Assembly: GCF_001194135.2 (NCBI RefSeq)
Contig: NC_068982.1
Span: forward strand, 30,624,905-30,671,307
Direction: 5' to 3'
Source: Octopus bimaculoides
Taxonomy: Eukaryota
Length of the DNA stretch: 46,403 nt
Shown in pieces: positions 1 to 12,068 of this stretch; position 1 is the stretch's first letter; every line of letters starts with the position of its first letter. Under the pieces are notes generated by a model. That model worked only from the letters and a program-made list of their open reading frames with translations, was not told the origin of the DNA and did not search any database. The position numbers and the translations under genes were made by a program.

Positions 1-48
1 ATATATATATATATATATATATATATGTGTATATATATATATATATAT
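1..48. repeat. (AT)n microsatellite
   Basis: Near-pure AT dinucleotide run at the window start. Confidence 0.95.
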
Positions 49-721
49 CATATCTCATAGGCATTCATTTGAACTCTTGGGCTGTTGACTAATTTTTTTC
101 TCTTTCCTATAACTTGGCAGGGTTTATGGTGGAATTGCTCACTCACATGGTATAAACAATCAATGGATATATTCTTTAGCTTACATTTAAAATTTTGTCT
201 GGGCAATTGATTGCAACGAACCTATTTAAGATGTATTTATGATCTATACCTTCACTGTGTAGATGGATCAGGAACTGACATCTTAATGTCTAAATTCTTT
301 TTGTTCTTATGAAACCTTTATTACTGCCTTTTGCAGCATTTACTGTAATTTCAAGTTTTCTGTTTTTATTTTACTGGTTTTTTTTAATATTCTTTTACAA
401 TTGGTGTTGCTGAGATTTTAAAATGAAATTTTGGTTACAAAGTATGTTTTTCCCTATTGCCAATTTTGTATAAAATAAGTTGTTTTTGTCTTGGACATAG
501 ATGAATATATAATGTCTGTAAAAATTATCTGAAGAGTAGATCTGCTTAATATGTTCATTATGCTACTATACAATTGTATATGTGCATATATGTATGTGAT
601 GTGCATGTTATGTAAATGCATCTTCAAAGCAAAGTCAATGATGTAACTGAATGCAGATTATGAAACAGCTGTTAAACATATGGTATTAAATATTTTTTAC
701 TTTTCACATTTGGATTTTAAT

Positions 722-787
722 TATATGTATGTATGTGTGTATGTATATATACATAATGCATACACACACACACACATATACATACAC

Positions 788-836
<49 letters not shown>
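722..836. repeat. Compound (TATG)/(CA)/(AT)n microsatellite
   Basis: Direct reading. Confidence 0.9.
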
Positions 837-838
<2 letters not shown>

Positions 839-2066
839 CTAAAATGTTATCATTTAGGTATGACAATTATTTCACAGGATTTCATCATTGGTTTGTGGCC
901 ATAATGGTGTACTGCCTTCACATATCTCAGTAAACGATATCAGCAGTAGTATATATTTTATTCTTATCTTTATTTTATTGAATTCTGTTGTTGAACTACT
1001 AAGTTGCAAGACATAAAGGATGCAACAGAAGCATTAATACTGAAATAAAATCACACACACACACACACAAACACATACACCAACACACTCAGAAAGTACC
1101 TAATTAGATTCTTCTTTCTTTCATAAACTAAACACCTGATTTATGAGACTGTTTTTTTTTGGTTTCTTTAATTTCTTTAATTATTTATCTGTTTACTTAT
1201 TTTGCCAACATTGTTTTGTCTTTGGGGAAGATACATTTTTTCTTGCTGCCAATTTGGGTTACTGTTCAGTATTTCACATTTACATCTTGACATATTGTGG
1301 ATGTATATGTNNNNNNNNNNNNNNNNNNNNNNNNNNNNNNNNNNNNNNNNNNNNNNNNNNNNNNNNNNNNNNNNNNNNNNNNNNNNNNNNNNNNNNNNNN
1401 NNNNNNNNNNNNATATATTTATACACATATATAATACATGTGTGAATTGTGTGTACTTGAGAATATGTTTGTGTATGTGTATTTGTCTATATATTGTATA
1501 TTTGTATGTGTGTGTATTTCAGGAGAGAGAGAGAGTTATGTCTATAAGCGTGTGTGATTTTTCTTGTAGTACAATCTTGAATCTAAATGAGGATTGTGTT
1601 CAATATTGAGTGTTTAAAATGATTAGATGGGTAGAATTGGTAAGAATATCAGAATACTTGAGTTTCTACATGTTGGTTTGTAATCAATTGTTTCTGGCTT
1701 CAACTTCTCAGGAGTTGATATCTTATCTACCTTTCTCCTATGAGGCTGAATTCTGTCACTAAAATTCTTGTTCCTATCCTTGAAATATAATTTGAAATGC
1801 TTATGCTCTCATAGTAAGGATTTGATCAAAGACTTTGCACTTAAAAGAAGTAGGAGAAAACTTCTGAAATATAAAAAAAAAAGTGGAAGTACACAAAAAT
1901 AGACATCATATCCCACCTTACGGTTAGTTTTGTTTCATTTAAAATATATTGTTTCATAAAAATTTATTTTATGGTTTATCATTATTTATATTTTCAATTA
2001 CATATATATGGATGCACCAAAATATTTCAAGTGCTCTCTATGGGCTTTAATTTGGACCTAATTATA

Positions 2067-2892
2067 CGTGAGGTGCCATCAAAACTTCTTTGAAAAATTC
2101 ACCATACACAGCAATACACTGGTCCCAGTATTCCTGCCACTTTTGAAATTCAGCCTGGAAGTTGTTTTCTGTAAGTGAATCAAGGACCTTCTGTGATTCA
2201 CTCCGGATCTCAACAATGGTGTTAAATTAGCAACCTTTGAGTTGCTTTTTCCCTTTGAGGAAAGATTCAAGTCTACAGATGCTAAATCTGGTGAACAGGG
2301 CAGGTACAGAAGTGATACCATGTTGCTTTCGATGAGAAACTCACAATGTAGAGAACTAGGGGAAGAATCCAATTCTTCACGCTCCATAAAGCCGGTTGCT
2401 TTTGCCGAATGCCCTCCCTCCAACATTTGAAAATGTCACAGTAGAACTCTCGATTGATGGTCTGGCCCTGGGGGATGAATTCTCAATGCATAATATCACA
2501 TTTCTGGAGGTGACGCTCGTGGCAGGTCTTCCAGATCGCTCATCATCTTCCAGGGACATTTTGTTTTGCTTTTGAAGCACCTGTGCCGCTCGAAACATTG
2601 TGCATGACCCATTGGTTCATTGCAAAGCTTGCCAAAGCATACTCAATGTTTCTGTAGCTAACTTCCCAAGATTAACACAAAATTTCATGTTGGCTCTTTG
2701 TTCCTCTCCATGACAAAATCACAGACTACAGCATACACATGATAAAAAAAAACACAAATTTTACAACTTGCAAATAATCACAGTAATGTCACTTGGAACA
2801 TTGCCTCATGAAGATCACTGCATATGCAACCATGAGCTGCCAATTATTGGTGCACTATAGAACCACTCTGGGAACTTTTTGACATCACTTCA
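2067..2892 (-). mobile_element. Internally deleted mariner (DD34D-type) transposon relic
   Basis: Minus strand reads MKFCVNLGKLATETLSML...SLEDDERSGRP (mariner HTH region) and, after a deletion, LPCSPDLASVD (YSPDLAP-like motif) plus a decayed C-terminus. Degenerate TIRs (cgtgaggtgccatcaaaacttc / revcomp tgaagtgatgtcaaaaagttcc) are flanked by TA at 2065-2066 and 2893-2894. Confidence 0.85.
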
Positions 2893-2999
2893 TATATGGG
2901 TGCACCAAAATATTAGGGCCTCTATTGGTTTTAATCGAATTCTGTAACAATTAAATTATATATCATGTACTTTATTGGGTTTTATTATGTGGGTGATGT

Positions 3000-3065
3000 C
3001 CTGGTCTGTGGAAAAATTGTCTTGGATGAAATCAGTCCATGGTGTTCAAAAGTTATGGACTGCTG
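3000..3065 (+). mobile_element. 3' end of a hAT-Charlie-type MITE (MER1-like terminus)
   Basis: ggtctgtggaaaaattgtcttggatgaaatcagtccatggtgttcaaaagttatggactgctg resembles, from memory, the MER1-type Charlie subterminal/TIR sequence. The 5' TIR was not confidently found. Confidence 0.5.
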
Positions 3066-3165
3066 TACTAGTGCACGAAGTTCCCTTAATTCTTTTGGAA
3101 TGGCACTTATTTAAATGTCTGTGAATGGTAAACATGTGTTCAAGCCCAAATAAAGATTCAAGATA

Positions 3166-3595
3166 CGAGGTCTGATTAATAAGTATCTGGACTGTTGCCG
3201 TAGTAACAAAGCTATAGCAATCAGAGTAAAGCCACTCAGCAAAAATTAACCTTGCACTCTGCTCTGCTTGTGCTCTAAGTTTTAACGTTCTAGCTCACTT
3301 CTGCTGTTTACAGCAGTGCTTGGAAGGAAAGTGTGTAGTGTGTATTGACCATGTCATGTATTGATTATGACAGAGAAAGTTGTCATGGTGATACATGCTC
3401 AGAGGCCTGTGCAAAGTTGCAGAAATTGTATAGAGAGGAGTGTGTGAACTGCACACAAGTGTACAAGTGGTTCAGATGTTTCCAAGATGGCTGAAAAAAT
3501 GTCGATATTGACGAACATTCTAGGAGATCCACAACCAGCAGAACTGATAAAACATCGCAGATGTGCGTGCAACTCTGAGAGAGAAGAATTAGCTT
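3166..3595 (+). mobile_element. Mariner transposon 5' fragment (TIR + HTH coding region)
   Basis: TA|cgaggtctgattaataagtatctggact is a mariner-type TIR. Downstream translation AKLQKLYREECVNCTQVYKWFRCFQDG*KNVDIDEHSRRSTTSRTD matches the mariner N-terminal HTH; truncated. Confidence 0.8.
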
Positions 3596-3639
3596 GACCA
3601 TCTACCTGTGCACACACATCACAAGACTGCAAATAATAA

Positions 3640-3790
3640 TCTAAAAATATTGAGAAATTACATTAGGTTACTGACATTAAAATATGCTGGTTGGTTTGGC
3701 TTTAAGAATCCCATTTTGTGATTCATTCCTGCAAAATTATCAGTTATGTCTAAGAAACTTTCTGGATGGATTCTGAAGTATGACCAGTTG
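3640..3790 (+). mobile_element. CR1-type LINE fragment
   Basis: Translates AKLSVMSKKLSGWILK, like the post-RT CR1 segment also seen at 36.8-37.0 kb (KLAIKCRHLAGWILQ). Confidence 0.4.
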
Positions 3791-3869
3791 AGACCGTGGA
3801 TACTATTCAACCACCTCTTTCTTGGTTTACTCTTTTCTGCAACATTTTATTTAATCACATGTCTGTAGT

Positions 3870-4100
3870 TTCGGAACTGTGGTCTCTCAATGCAGAGAAG
3901 TAATGGCTTAACATGGAAACCTAAGGGTTAACCAAGAATGACATGGTTGGATAATATGCATCGTCTCAGTTGGTCATGCTTGGGATTCCAGCTGGAAAGT
4001 GTAAGGATGGCTGCTTCTGATAGGACCCTATAGAGGAGGTATCTGAGGACTCTATCCTCACGACCCAAGAATAGTGGTCAGAGAAGATAGATGAAGGATG
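3870..4100 (+). mobile_element. RTE-type LINE 3' end fragment
   Basis: One frame reads KPKG*PRMTWLDN...AASDRTL*RRYL, the typical RTE C-terminal RGRPxxxW...DRxxW pattern with stops. Confidence 0.55.
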
Positions 4101-4420
4101 GACATTAAAACATTGTTTACTTGTTTAATGCCTGTTTTCCATTCTAACATGTCTTAGACAGGGGAGATAAATGAGGCAAGCTCTCTATGGTTGGATACTC
4201 TTCCTATCACCAACTGTTACCAGTTTTTCAAGTAAAGGATATTTTTATTCCAGAGAAATTTGAAATTGTAGAGTTAGAAAACAATTTGTTGGCACAAAAT
4301 CTCAACAAATATCACCTCTTGCAGCCCAGTAACATTACTGTTTGTAGCTGAGCTGCAAGCAGTGTCATCCTTGACCATAGCCTTGGGCCGATATAGATTG
4401 GAAATATTCACACAAACTCT

Positions 4421-4575
4421 TGGAGTGGTTGGCATTAGAAAGGGTATCTAGCCATAGAAACCATGCCAAATGAGATTAGAACCTGATGCAGCTCTCCAGC
4501 TTACCAATTCCAGTCAAACCATTTAACCCATGCCAGCATGGAAAGCAGATGCTAAATGATGATGATGATGATGAT
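4421..4575 (+). mobile_element. SINE-like family C copy with (GAT)n tail
   Basis: gtggttggcattagaaagggtatctagc...catgccagcatggaaagcagatgctaaatgatgatgat aligns to the best copy at 15624-15985. Confidence 0.75.
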
Positions 4576-4944
4576 ATCGACGACACACGTAGCATGTGTA
4601 CATGCATCTACACAAATGCATGCATGATGGCTGTTCACTCTTGCTGAGGAGGACCATCACTGACCATCAAGAGCATTGTGCACTCAGACAAAATTATTCT
4701 TTACACTTGTGGCTCTACTGGTGACTAATGAGCCCAGCTCTTCCTAGATATACACATCCACAGAAACTGCAAATCAAACTTTCTCTATTCTGTGCACTCA
4801 GTGCGTTTTCAAGCAACACACTTTGGTTCAGCATGAAAAATGAGTGTTTCCACAAAATTATTCACTTCTTCCTTTACTTGTTACCACCATTGGTGACAAT
4901 GACAAGCATTGCTTTCCCAAGTAACCTTCCATATCTCACATGTC

Positions 4945-5070
4945 TATGGGCTTCTTTCAGTATCGGTCAACCAGTTCTCCTCAGAAATCTTTGGTCAATG
5001 TGCTGCATAGTGGGACTGAACCTGAGATCATGTAGTTATGAAGTGAACTTCTTAACTACATAACCATAAC
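4945..5070 (-). mobile_element. tRNA-derived SINE family A, degenerate 5' part
   Basis: Reverse complement gives tatggttatgtagttaagaagttcacttc...ggttcagtcccactatgcagcacattgacc, matching the family A head. Confidence 0.55.
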
Positions 5071-5494
5071 GGCACTTGTATTATAATATGTTGTTAATTT
5101 AAACTTAACCAATCACATGGATGAACATTTCTAATACAAAATATTTAAAGTACATTTAACTTATTCTCAGTTGTTTGACAAGAGACATGAAGATGTTATC
5201 GCGAGTAATGTATCAATATAAATTAGTAGTCTTTCTTAAACAATGAAAAATACAGAACAAATCAGTTTTCTTGTTATCTTAATCGATGTTACATTTAGGA
5301 AGCCATTTTAATAGTATTGTTTGGAGTTAACTTCACATCATTGAAATACTTGTTCTGTCTTGACGGTAGTAACACTGTGAGCTATTTGGCTTAAACTGAC
5401 GTGAAGAGAGGCTATATGAAGAGCTGAGTAATGAGGAAATAAGGAAGCCATTTTCTGCAGTATTATTCCAGAATCATCTTTAGTAGAGTTATGT

Positions 5495-5830
5495 CCACAA
5501 GAGAATCTCGACATGCTCACTCAACCTGCCAGATGTAGTAGCTAAATTTCATCTGTATTACTCCTTACTGTCTTGAAAAAAGGAAGTACAAATTAAATAA
5601 TTTCATTCTTGATACATTAAGCTGCAAATAAGACAAGATGGTCACAGCTGAAACATATCTGATTGTAGGCAGCTTGAACCAATGTTACTTGAAGCTGAAT
5701 ATCATCCCACAACTGCTATTTTCAACAAGAAGAACAACTCTAGTAAAGTGAAGCTAACAAAGGAACATCTCTGAGGTCCATCTATTTACTAGAAATAACA
5801 ACCAAATTTCGTTCAAATTACATCTTATAT
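5495..5830 (+). mobile_element. Interspersed repeat family D (degenerate)
   Basis: The motif ctcaacctgc(t/c)aga(a/t)(a/g)tagcagc(t/c)aaat... recurs at ~5788, 16965-17045 (-) and 29661. Confidence 0.4.
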
Positions 5831-8030
5831 ATCCCAACAAGTATTGTTAGGACACATGGGCAGTTGCATTTCTTGGTACCTCTAAAAATACAGGAACAAT
5901 ATGGTTGTGGAATGTGATCACAAGTCTTTTCACTTAGGTTTGACCTAGGAACTAAAAATAGCCCTAATAATGTTCTCTTATTTGCAGTAATATTGTAAAA
6001 AGTGCTGACATAAAGAAATACTTTGTTGGTTTATATGATGTAACTTTCATCCCTGCCTCCCTCTGGTTAATATTTCTATATTATGGATGAGGGAAGGCAG
6101 GGAACTGACATAATTGTTAGCACACCTAGCAAAATGCTGAGGGGCAGTTCATCTGTTGCAATGTACTGAATTCAAATTCCACCCATAAACACAAGTATGG
6201 TTGTGTGGTTTGAAAGTTCATTACTCACCTATGTAGTTTTGGGCTCAGTTCCTCAGCATAGCACCTTTGGGCAAGTATAGTACCTACTGTTGCAGCTGAA
6301 CTTTTGTAGAGAGTTGGTTGCTATTAAAGACGCTGAAGTATTTTTATGGCTTTAAAGAGGGAGGTCAGTCTTTATTGATGCAGTTTTTGTTGAATTGAGG
6401 GTTTGCTTTCACCAAAAGAGAATCTTAGATAGTAAAAACTAGCATGCATAACAACCTTGAGGGCTCTAGTTGGTGTCTGTTCACATTTATAAATTCTGTG
6501 ATTGTGTTTCAAAATACAGTGAATTTGTTTACATGGTGCTACCTTACACATAGCTACAATTTACAGTGGGAAGTCACATTTAAAAGTCTAGAATTTAATC
6601 TAAGCATTATTCAAACCTTTCTTTCTCTCTCTACAGGCTTTGTCGATATATTTTTACATTTGCAATATCACTTCTGTTCTCTAGGAAGTATATTATTTCT
6701 TCAGGTCCAAATATACTTTAAGTTTATACAAAATTTTGTACACTACTCACATACTGTTTATGGGAATGTGGGTCTTAAGACTTTTTGTTTCATCAGTCTT
6801 AGGGACAGTGTTACAAAATAATTTCCATCAGTGAGCTATTTTGGTGTTGTTTCTCACTTTTTCAGAGGACCATTAAATATTTTTGTAAGCACTTTTACGT
6901 TTACATAGAAGTTAGTAACATTAACATTTTCAGGTGTTTTCTAATTGTTCATATTTTGTATTATATGAGCTCTTCCTTGAGTTATTTCTTCATACAGTTG
7001 TTCAAATGCTGCACTTCAAATGCTGCTTTTGAATATTCTTGCCAAGGGCATTTTACCAGCTGTCCATACTTTTCTCCAAAATCATTCTTTTATTTCTCAT
7101 GCTGCTGGCATTGCCTTAGCTCCCGTTTCAGTTTTACTTAAGGGGTTTTTAAAAATTATTTTAGATTAGGATTGAACCATTTGTTTTGTTAAAAGGAAAA
7201 AAAAAAATCAGTCACTTTTGATAATGATGGTTTCTATTTGTAATATAACAATCTAGTGTTTCTTTCCAGCTTTGATTTGATTTCTTATACTTCTTTATCA
7301 TTATTTTTGTGTATCTCTTTTTTTCTCACCTATTTCTATCTTTTCATTGGTAATTTCATTCAGGATTGAAACATCTTTCTTTTATTTATTTTGTCTCTTT
7401 CAGTTGAAATGATGGAATATGAAAAGCATTAAGGAATTATCAAATTTTCTTTTGTGACTAATGTGTTTGCAGCACAGATTCTTTGACTTACCAGCTGATA
7501 CCAATCTTCACATACATTTTTCACTAAGTTTGCAATAACAAGGTTTGCATTATTTGTATGATTTTTCTTTTGTTGTCAAAGTATTGTTATCATTTAACCC
7601 CGGGCGAGCTTCAATCAAAAAGTCCAACTTGTCATCAAGTGTGTTCTAGTCATAACACTCCCATAATTTTTTTTTTCATACAAAAAGAATCTAGAACTAT
7701 ACTAAACTATGGTTCCTGGCTTCTTTAATACTTTCTCTGTCAATCCACCTGAGACCAGTTCTGATACTATGAGTTTAAAACTTGTTATACAGTGATCTAA
7801 ATTAAACTCTTCTCTCAAATCTCCATGTTGATTCTTGTTCCAAATACTAACCTAATAACGACCAAATTATTCTAATGAATTTGGCATTATTTTCAAAAGA
7901 AACTGAAACATGGGACTTGAACCAATATCCCTCAAAGACACAAATTAAGTGCTTTACTATTAACCTAAACTACCCACTGACAAAGAGCATTTAAATGGTT
8001 TGAAATCAGTTATAAGAGGTGGGTTTTATA

Positions 8031-8203
8031 GCGAGCTGGCAGAATTGTTAGCAGTCTTTCGCCTGTCACTACATTCTGAGTTCAAATTCTGCTGAGGTCA
8101 GCTTTGCCTTTCATCGTACCAGTTATGTACTGGGGGTCGATGTAATCGACTTAATCCCTTCCCCCAAATCTGAGGCCTTGTGCTTCCAGTAGAAAGGATT
8201 ATT
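8031..8203 (+). mobile_element. tRNA-derived SINE family B
   Basis: gagctggcagaattgttagc...ttctgagttcaaattctgctgaggtcagctttgcctttcatc...ggggtcgatgtaatcgactt; B-box-like gagttcaaat; many copies in the window. The central part resembles, from memory, the Nin/Deu SINE domain. Confidence 0.8.
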
Positions 8204-8250
8204 GCTAGAACTGCCCACATTTTAATAACCATTGCTGATAGAAAACTCTA

Positions 8251-8430
8251 AGCACATCAGGCCAAATGCTTAGTGGCATTTCAACCATTTTAACATTCTG
8301 AGTTCAAATTCTGTCAAGGTCGATTTTGCCTTTCATTCTTTTGGGGTCAATAAAATAAACACTAGTTGATATAATCAACTTACCCCATTCCCCCAAAATT
8401 CAGGCCTTGTGCCTATGATAGCAAGGATCA
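8251..8430 (+). mobile_element. SINE family B, 5'-truncated, with 16-bp TSD
   Basis: Flanked by ctgatagaaaactcta (8235-8250) and ctgatggaaaactcta (8431-8446), one mismatch. Confidence 0.75.
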
Positions 8431-9515
8431 CTGATGGAAAACTCTATGTTCAAGACTATTCTACAAATACAACATAAGTCTAAAACCAACAAGTTTTATT
8501 TTAATTTTCTTCATACCACACTCAAGATTTGGCTTCTTCATTTTTCATAATCTCTCTCTCTCTCACTCACTTTCCCCCACTCTCTCTCTCTCTCTCCCTC
8601 ACTATCTCTCAGTTTATCATTCTTTGTCTCTTTTTCTCTGTATTTAATTTTCTTCCAGCTCATTCTCTAGATATTAAAATTACTCATCTCCATCTCCTGG
8701 CCTCATTATCAGTAATCTTCCCACTAATTATCAGCATTCATTGCATTAAATGAAACATCTAAACATCTACTGCGTTGCATTTCGCCACTCTCTTGGTACT
8801 TAAATTTCTCCAGTTGCCCCACAGGAAGCTACAAGACAAGACAACATCAATAGATTAAATGCCTTGAACCTTTCAACTCCTTACAGACCAAAACTAGAGA
8901 AATAACATCAAACAAATGAAATTATCAGATATGATATTGTTAAAATGGTACAAAGAATTTAAATAAAAACAAAAAAGTAAAGATTAAATAATTTATTTTC
9001 TATATAAATAATCTCATTTGATATATTCAATTCTTCTTCAATGTCTCTGCTTCTGAAGATCACAACAGCTAAACTATTCATTTGAATTTCATTTGGCTGC
9101 AAGTGTCTATTAGACAGGAAATTCTCTAGCAAAATAGTCTTCTGGGACATCTGCATCAGACAATATTCTTCAATTTGATGCCACATCAGAACCAAAGCAA
9201 TTTGGTCCATTCACTTGCAGATGACTTGCATGTTTATTAATGAACTAATGATTGTAAAGTGTTTCCTCTCTCTCACTCCACTGGCTTCCAGTTGCAGGTA
9301 CACACACACGTGCACACACATGTACACACAACTGCACATGAACACAAAACACACACCTCACATGCATACAGGCATGTCCATATGCATACACATACACATA
9401 TATACCTTTTTTACGTATAGGCATTAACCTAACCAGAGATGCATTGTGTGTGTATGTGCACACATACATACACACACACATACACACATAAATAATATAT
9501 AATATATAACTTATT

Positions 9516-9756
9516 CATCATCATCTACTTTCCATGCCGGCATGGGTTAGATGGTTTGACTGGAAATGGTAAGCTAGAAGGCTGCACCATGTTCTAGTCT
9601 GATTTTGGTTTGGTTTTTATGGCTAGATGCTCTTCCTAATGCTAACTACTCCAAGAATGTAGTGTGTGCCTCTTACATGTCACTAGCATGGGTGTGTTTA
9701 TATGTCACTGGCACTGGTGCTTCTATGTGTCACTTGCATGACTTCTTTTATGTGTC
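9516..9756 (-). mobile_element. SINE-like family C copy
   Basis: catcatcatc...ttccatgccggcatgggttagatggtttgactgg...gatgctcttcctaatgctaac; antisense to the 15624 copy and abutting a family A head. Confidence 0.75.
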
Positions 9757-9902
9757 ATGGCTGTGTGGTAAGTAGCTTGCTTACCAACCACATGGTTCCG
9801 GGTTCAGTCCCCCTGTATGGGCAAGTGTCTTCTATTATAGCCTCAGGCTGATGAAAGCCTTGTGAGTGGATTTGGTAGTCCAAAACTGAAAGAAGCCCAT
9901 TG

Positions 9903-9949
<47 letters not shown>

Positions 9950-10196
9950 ATGTATGCATGTGTGTATATGTTTGTGTGTCTGTTTGTGTATATGTTTGAT
10001 TGTCCCCCTCCACCATCGCTTGACAATCTATGCTGGTGTGTTTACGCCCCCGTAACTTAGTGGTTCAGTAAAAGAGATTGATAGAATAAGTACTACGCTT
10101 ACAAAGAATAAGTTCTGGGATCGATATGTTTGACGAAAGGTGGTGTTCCAGCATGGCCACAGTCAAATCACTGAAACAAATAAAAGAATAAAAGAA
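9757..10196 (+). mobile_element. tRNA-derived SINE family A, near full length with internal (AT)/(GT) microsatellite
   Basis: ggctgtgtggtaagtagcttgcttaccaaccacatggttccgggttcagtcc head; gggcaagtgtcttcta core; tail gcatggccacagtcaaat...aaaagaataaaagaat. Confidence 0.9.
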
Positions 10197-10274
10197 TATA
10201 TGTATATATATGTTTTATGTGTCACATTAATATAATATATACATACATACATACATACATATATACACACACAC

Positions 10275-10348
<74 letters not shown>

Positions 10349-10350
<2 letters not shown>

Positions 10351-10800
10351 CAAGGATTTTTATAAAAACATAACCACCGGAAAATTAAACAAAAAGAAAT
10401 GAAAAATTTAACAAAATCTTTAAAAAATGGAAAATTTGACAAAACCATAATGCATGGAAAATTTGTAGCTAATTCCTCATCAATCAATATCCAAGTGATC
10501 ATAACAGTTTTACACCATTATCATTGCGACCATTCCTTCTTGGAGGTACCGGTGCAAAAAAATCCACTGGGAATAGCTAACGAATGTACCAGACAATGAT
10601 GAAAACAAACAAGACAAACTAAAATAATTATAGTATTTATACATATACAAGAAAAAGACAAAACACAAAAGCTGTACAGCTACCAGACAGATGAATATGG
10701 GTAATGCAAAAAGAAATGAAAATGTTCTAAAGGACTGGAGACACGAGAAGGGCAGAACAAAGGGGGAGGTAAACAAACCATGGAGGAAAAAGTGAAGGAA
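10349..10800. mobile_element. Non-coding element embedded in (TA)n; possible Penelope-derived piece
   Basis: Complex sequence, A-rich on +, bounded on both sides by (TA)n; no ORF or TIR. Family assignment is inference. Confidence 0.3.
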
Positions 10801-10916
10801 ATATATAGATATACATACATGTGTATATATGAAATATAACATATAATATATATATGATATATATATATATATATATAAATATGTATTTATAATATGTATA
10901 TATTGCACATACACAC

Positions 10917-10947
<31 letters not shown>

Positions 10948-11014
10948 CATACATATACATATATATACACATATATATACATATACATATACATATATAA
11001 ATATATATACATAT

Positions 11015-11686
11015 GTGGGGAAAATAAGTTCAAAAAAGAACAATTCAAACTTTTTGAGAGGTCGAAAAAGAGAGAAAGAATGATTTCTAATAAAGATTCA
11101 TCATATTCATAAGAAAACAACCAGAGTTAAGTAATAAAAATATGAAAATAGTTGTTGAAAAATATTGTTATAGGTATAAATATCGTTATAGGTATACCAT
11201 AGACAATTATAGAAAAATGGAGAAAAAGATGTTGCATTAAAATTAGATTTAATACAAAATTGGATTCAATACATATGCACGTTTCAAAGGACAATACAAA
11301 TATGTAAGAAAAATATTATAATCATAGTAATTATAATTAAATTCATGCATTGTCATTCTCATCAGTGTGAAGGATCTTTGGAAGGACATCAAAAAAGGTT
11401 TAATAAAAGAAGTAAATTAAAATAAGATACAATAAGGGAGAATACAAAAGGGGTAATGGGGAAAAATCAGATATTTACAAGAAAGTTGTAAAAGAGAAAA
11501 AATAACAGTAATAATAATAGTGAAAGAGAAAGAAAGACAGACATATCAATGTGTATGCCCGTTTATATGTGCAGTAAACTATAACATAAAAATAAGAATA
11601 AAAATCTAATGGATATGTTTAAAAAAAAAATTTAACAGGTCGATACGAAGTATAATGTAAACAGGGCCACGTGTGTATAGTAGAAT
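11015..11686 (-). mobile_element. Hammerhead-bearing non-coding element (Penelope pseudo-LTR-like)
   Basis: Starts at the edge of a (TA)n tract and contains the hammerhead motif at 11265-11371; T-rich minus strand; no coding motif found. Confidence 0.4.
11265..11371 (-). ncRNA. Type I hammerhead-ribozyme-like motif
   Basis: Minus strand: ttcaca-CTGATGA-gaatgacaatgca-[47 nt]-tgtattgtccttt-GAA-ACGTgcatATGT-A-ttgaa. Core is intact; stem II is 13 bp with one mismatch; stem III is 4 bp with a 4-nt loop; triplet GUA; stem I is 5 bp with one bulge. Confidence 0.6.
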
Positions 11687-11800
11687 ATTACGTAATAGGT
11701 GCACTAGTAGAAAAAAACCATAGAGAGTTATACATATACATATTGATACAGAAAAAGCTACTTACCACACAACCACTCCTGTGCCTACATATATATATAT

Positions 11801-11917
11801 CATCATCATCATCGTTTAACGTCCACTTTCCATGCTGACATGGGTTGGACGGTTTGACTAAGGACTGGTGAGCCAGATGGCTGCACCAGGCTCCAATCTG
11901 ATCTGGCAGAGTTTCTA
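11801..11917 (-). mobile_element. SINE-like family C, 3' fragment
   Basis: catcatcatcatcgtttaacgtccactttccatgctgacatgggttggacggtttgac...; close to the 15624 copy. Confidence 0.85.
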
Positions 11918-11965
11918 TATATATATATATATGTGGGTGTGTGTGTATAAAATATAACATATAAA

Positions 11966-12068
11966 ATATATGGTAATTAAATCAAAGAATATTTCATTTT
12001 AATGAAATATCCTGTGATTTAATTACCATTATCAGGGATTCAGATAATTTCCCTCATCAGGGATATAG
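11966..12068 (-). ncRNA. Degenerate hammerhead-like motif with a 60-bp hairpin
   Basis: Minus strand CTGATGA-ggga[11 nt]tccc-t-GATA, then a near-perfect inverted repeat at 11970-12029. GAAA is mutated and the 3' strand of stem I is absent. Confidence 0.3.

Noticed and set aside
7999-8011. tttgaaatcagtt, matching the 3' half of miR-29
   Set aside because: The seed (agcacca) is absent and no precursor hairpin is evident.
10440-10490. Minus-strand tTGATGAggaatt...aattttcc, a possible further hammerhead
   Set aside because: C3 is mutated and GAAA is missing; too many changes are needed to call it.
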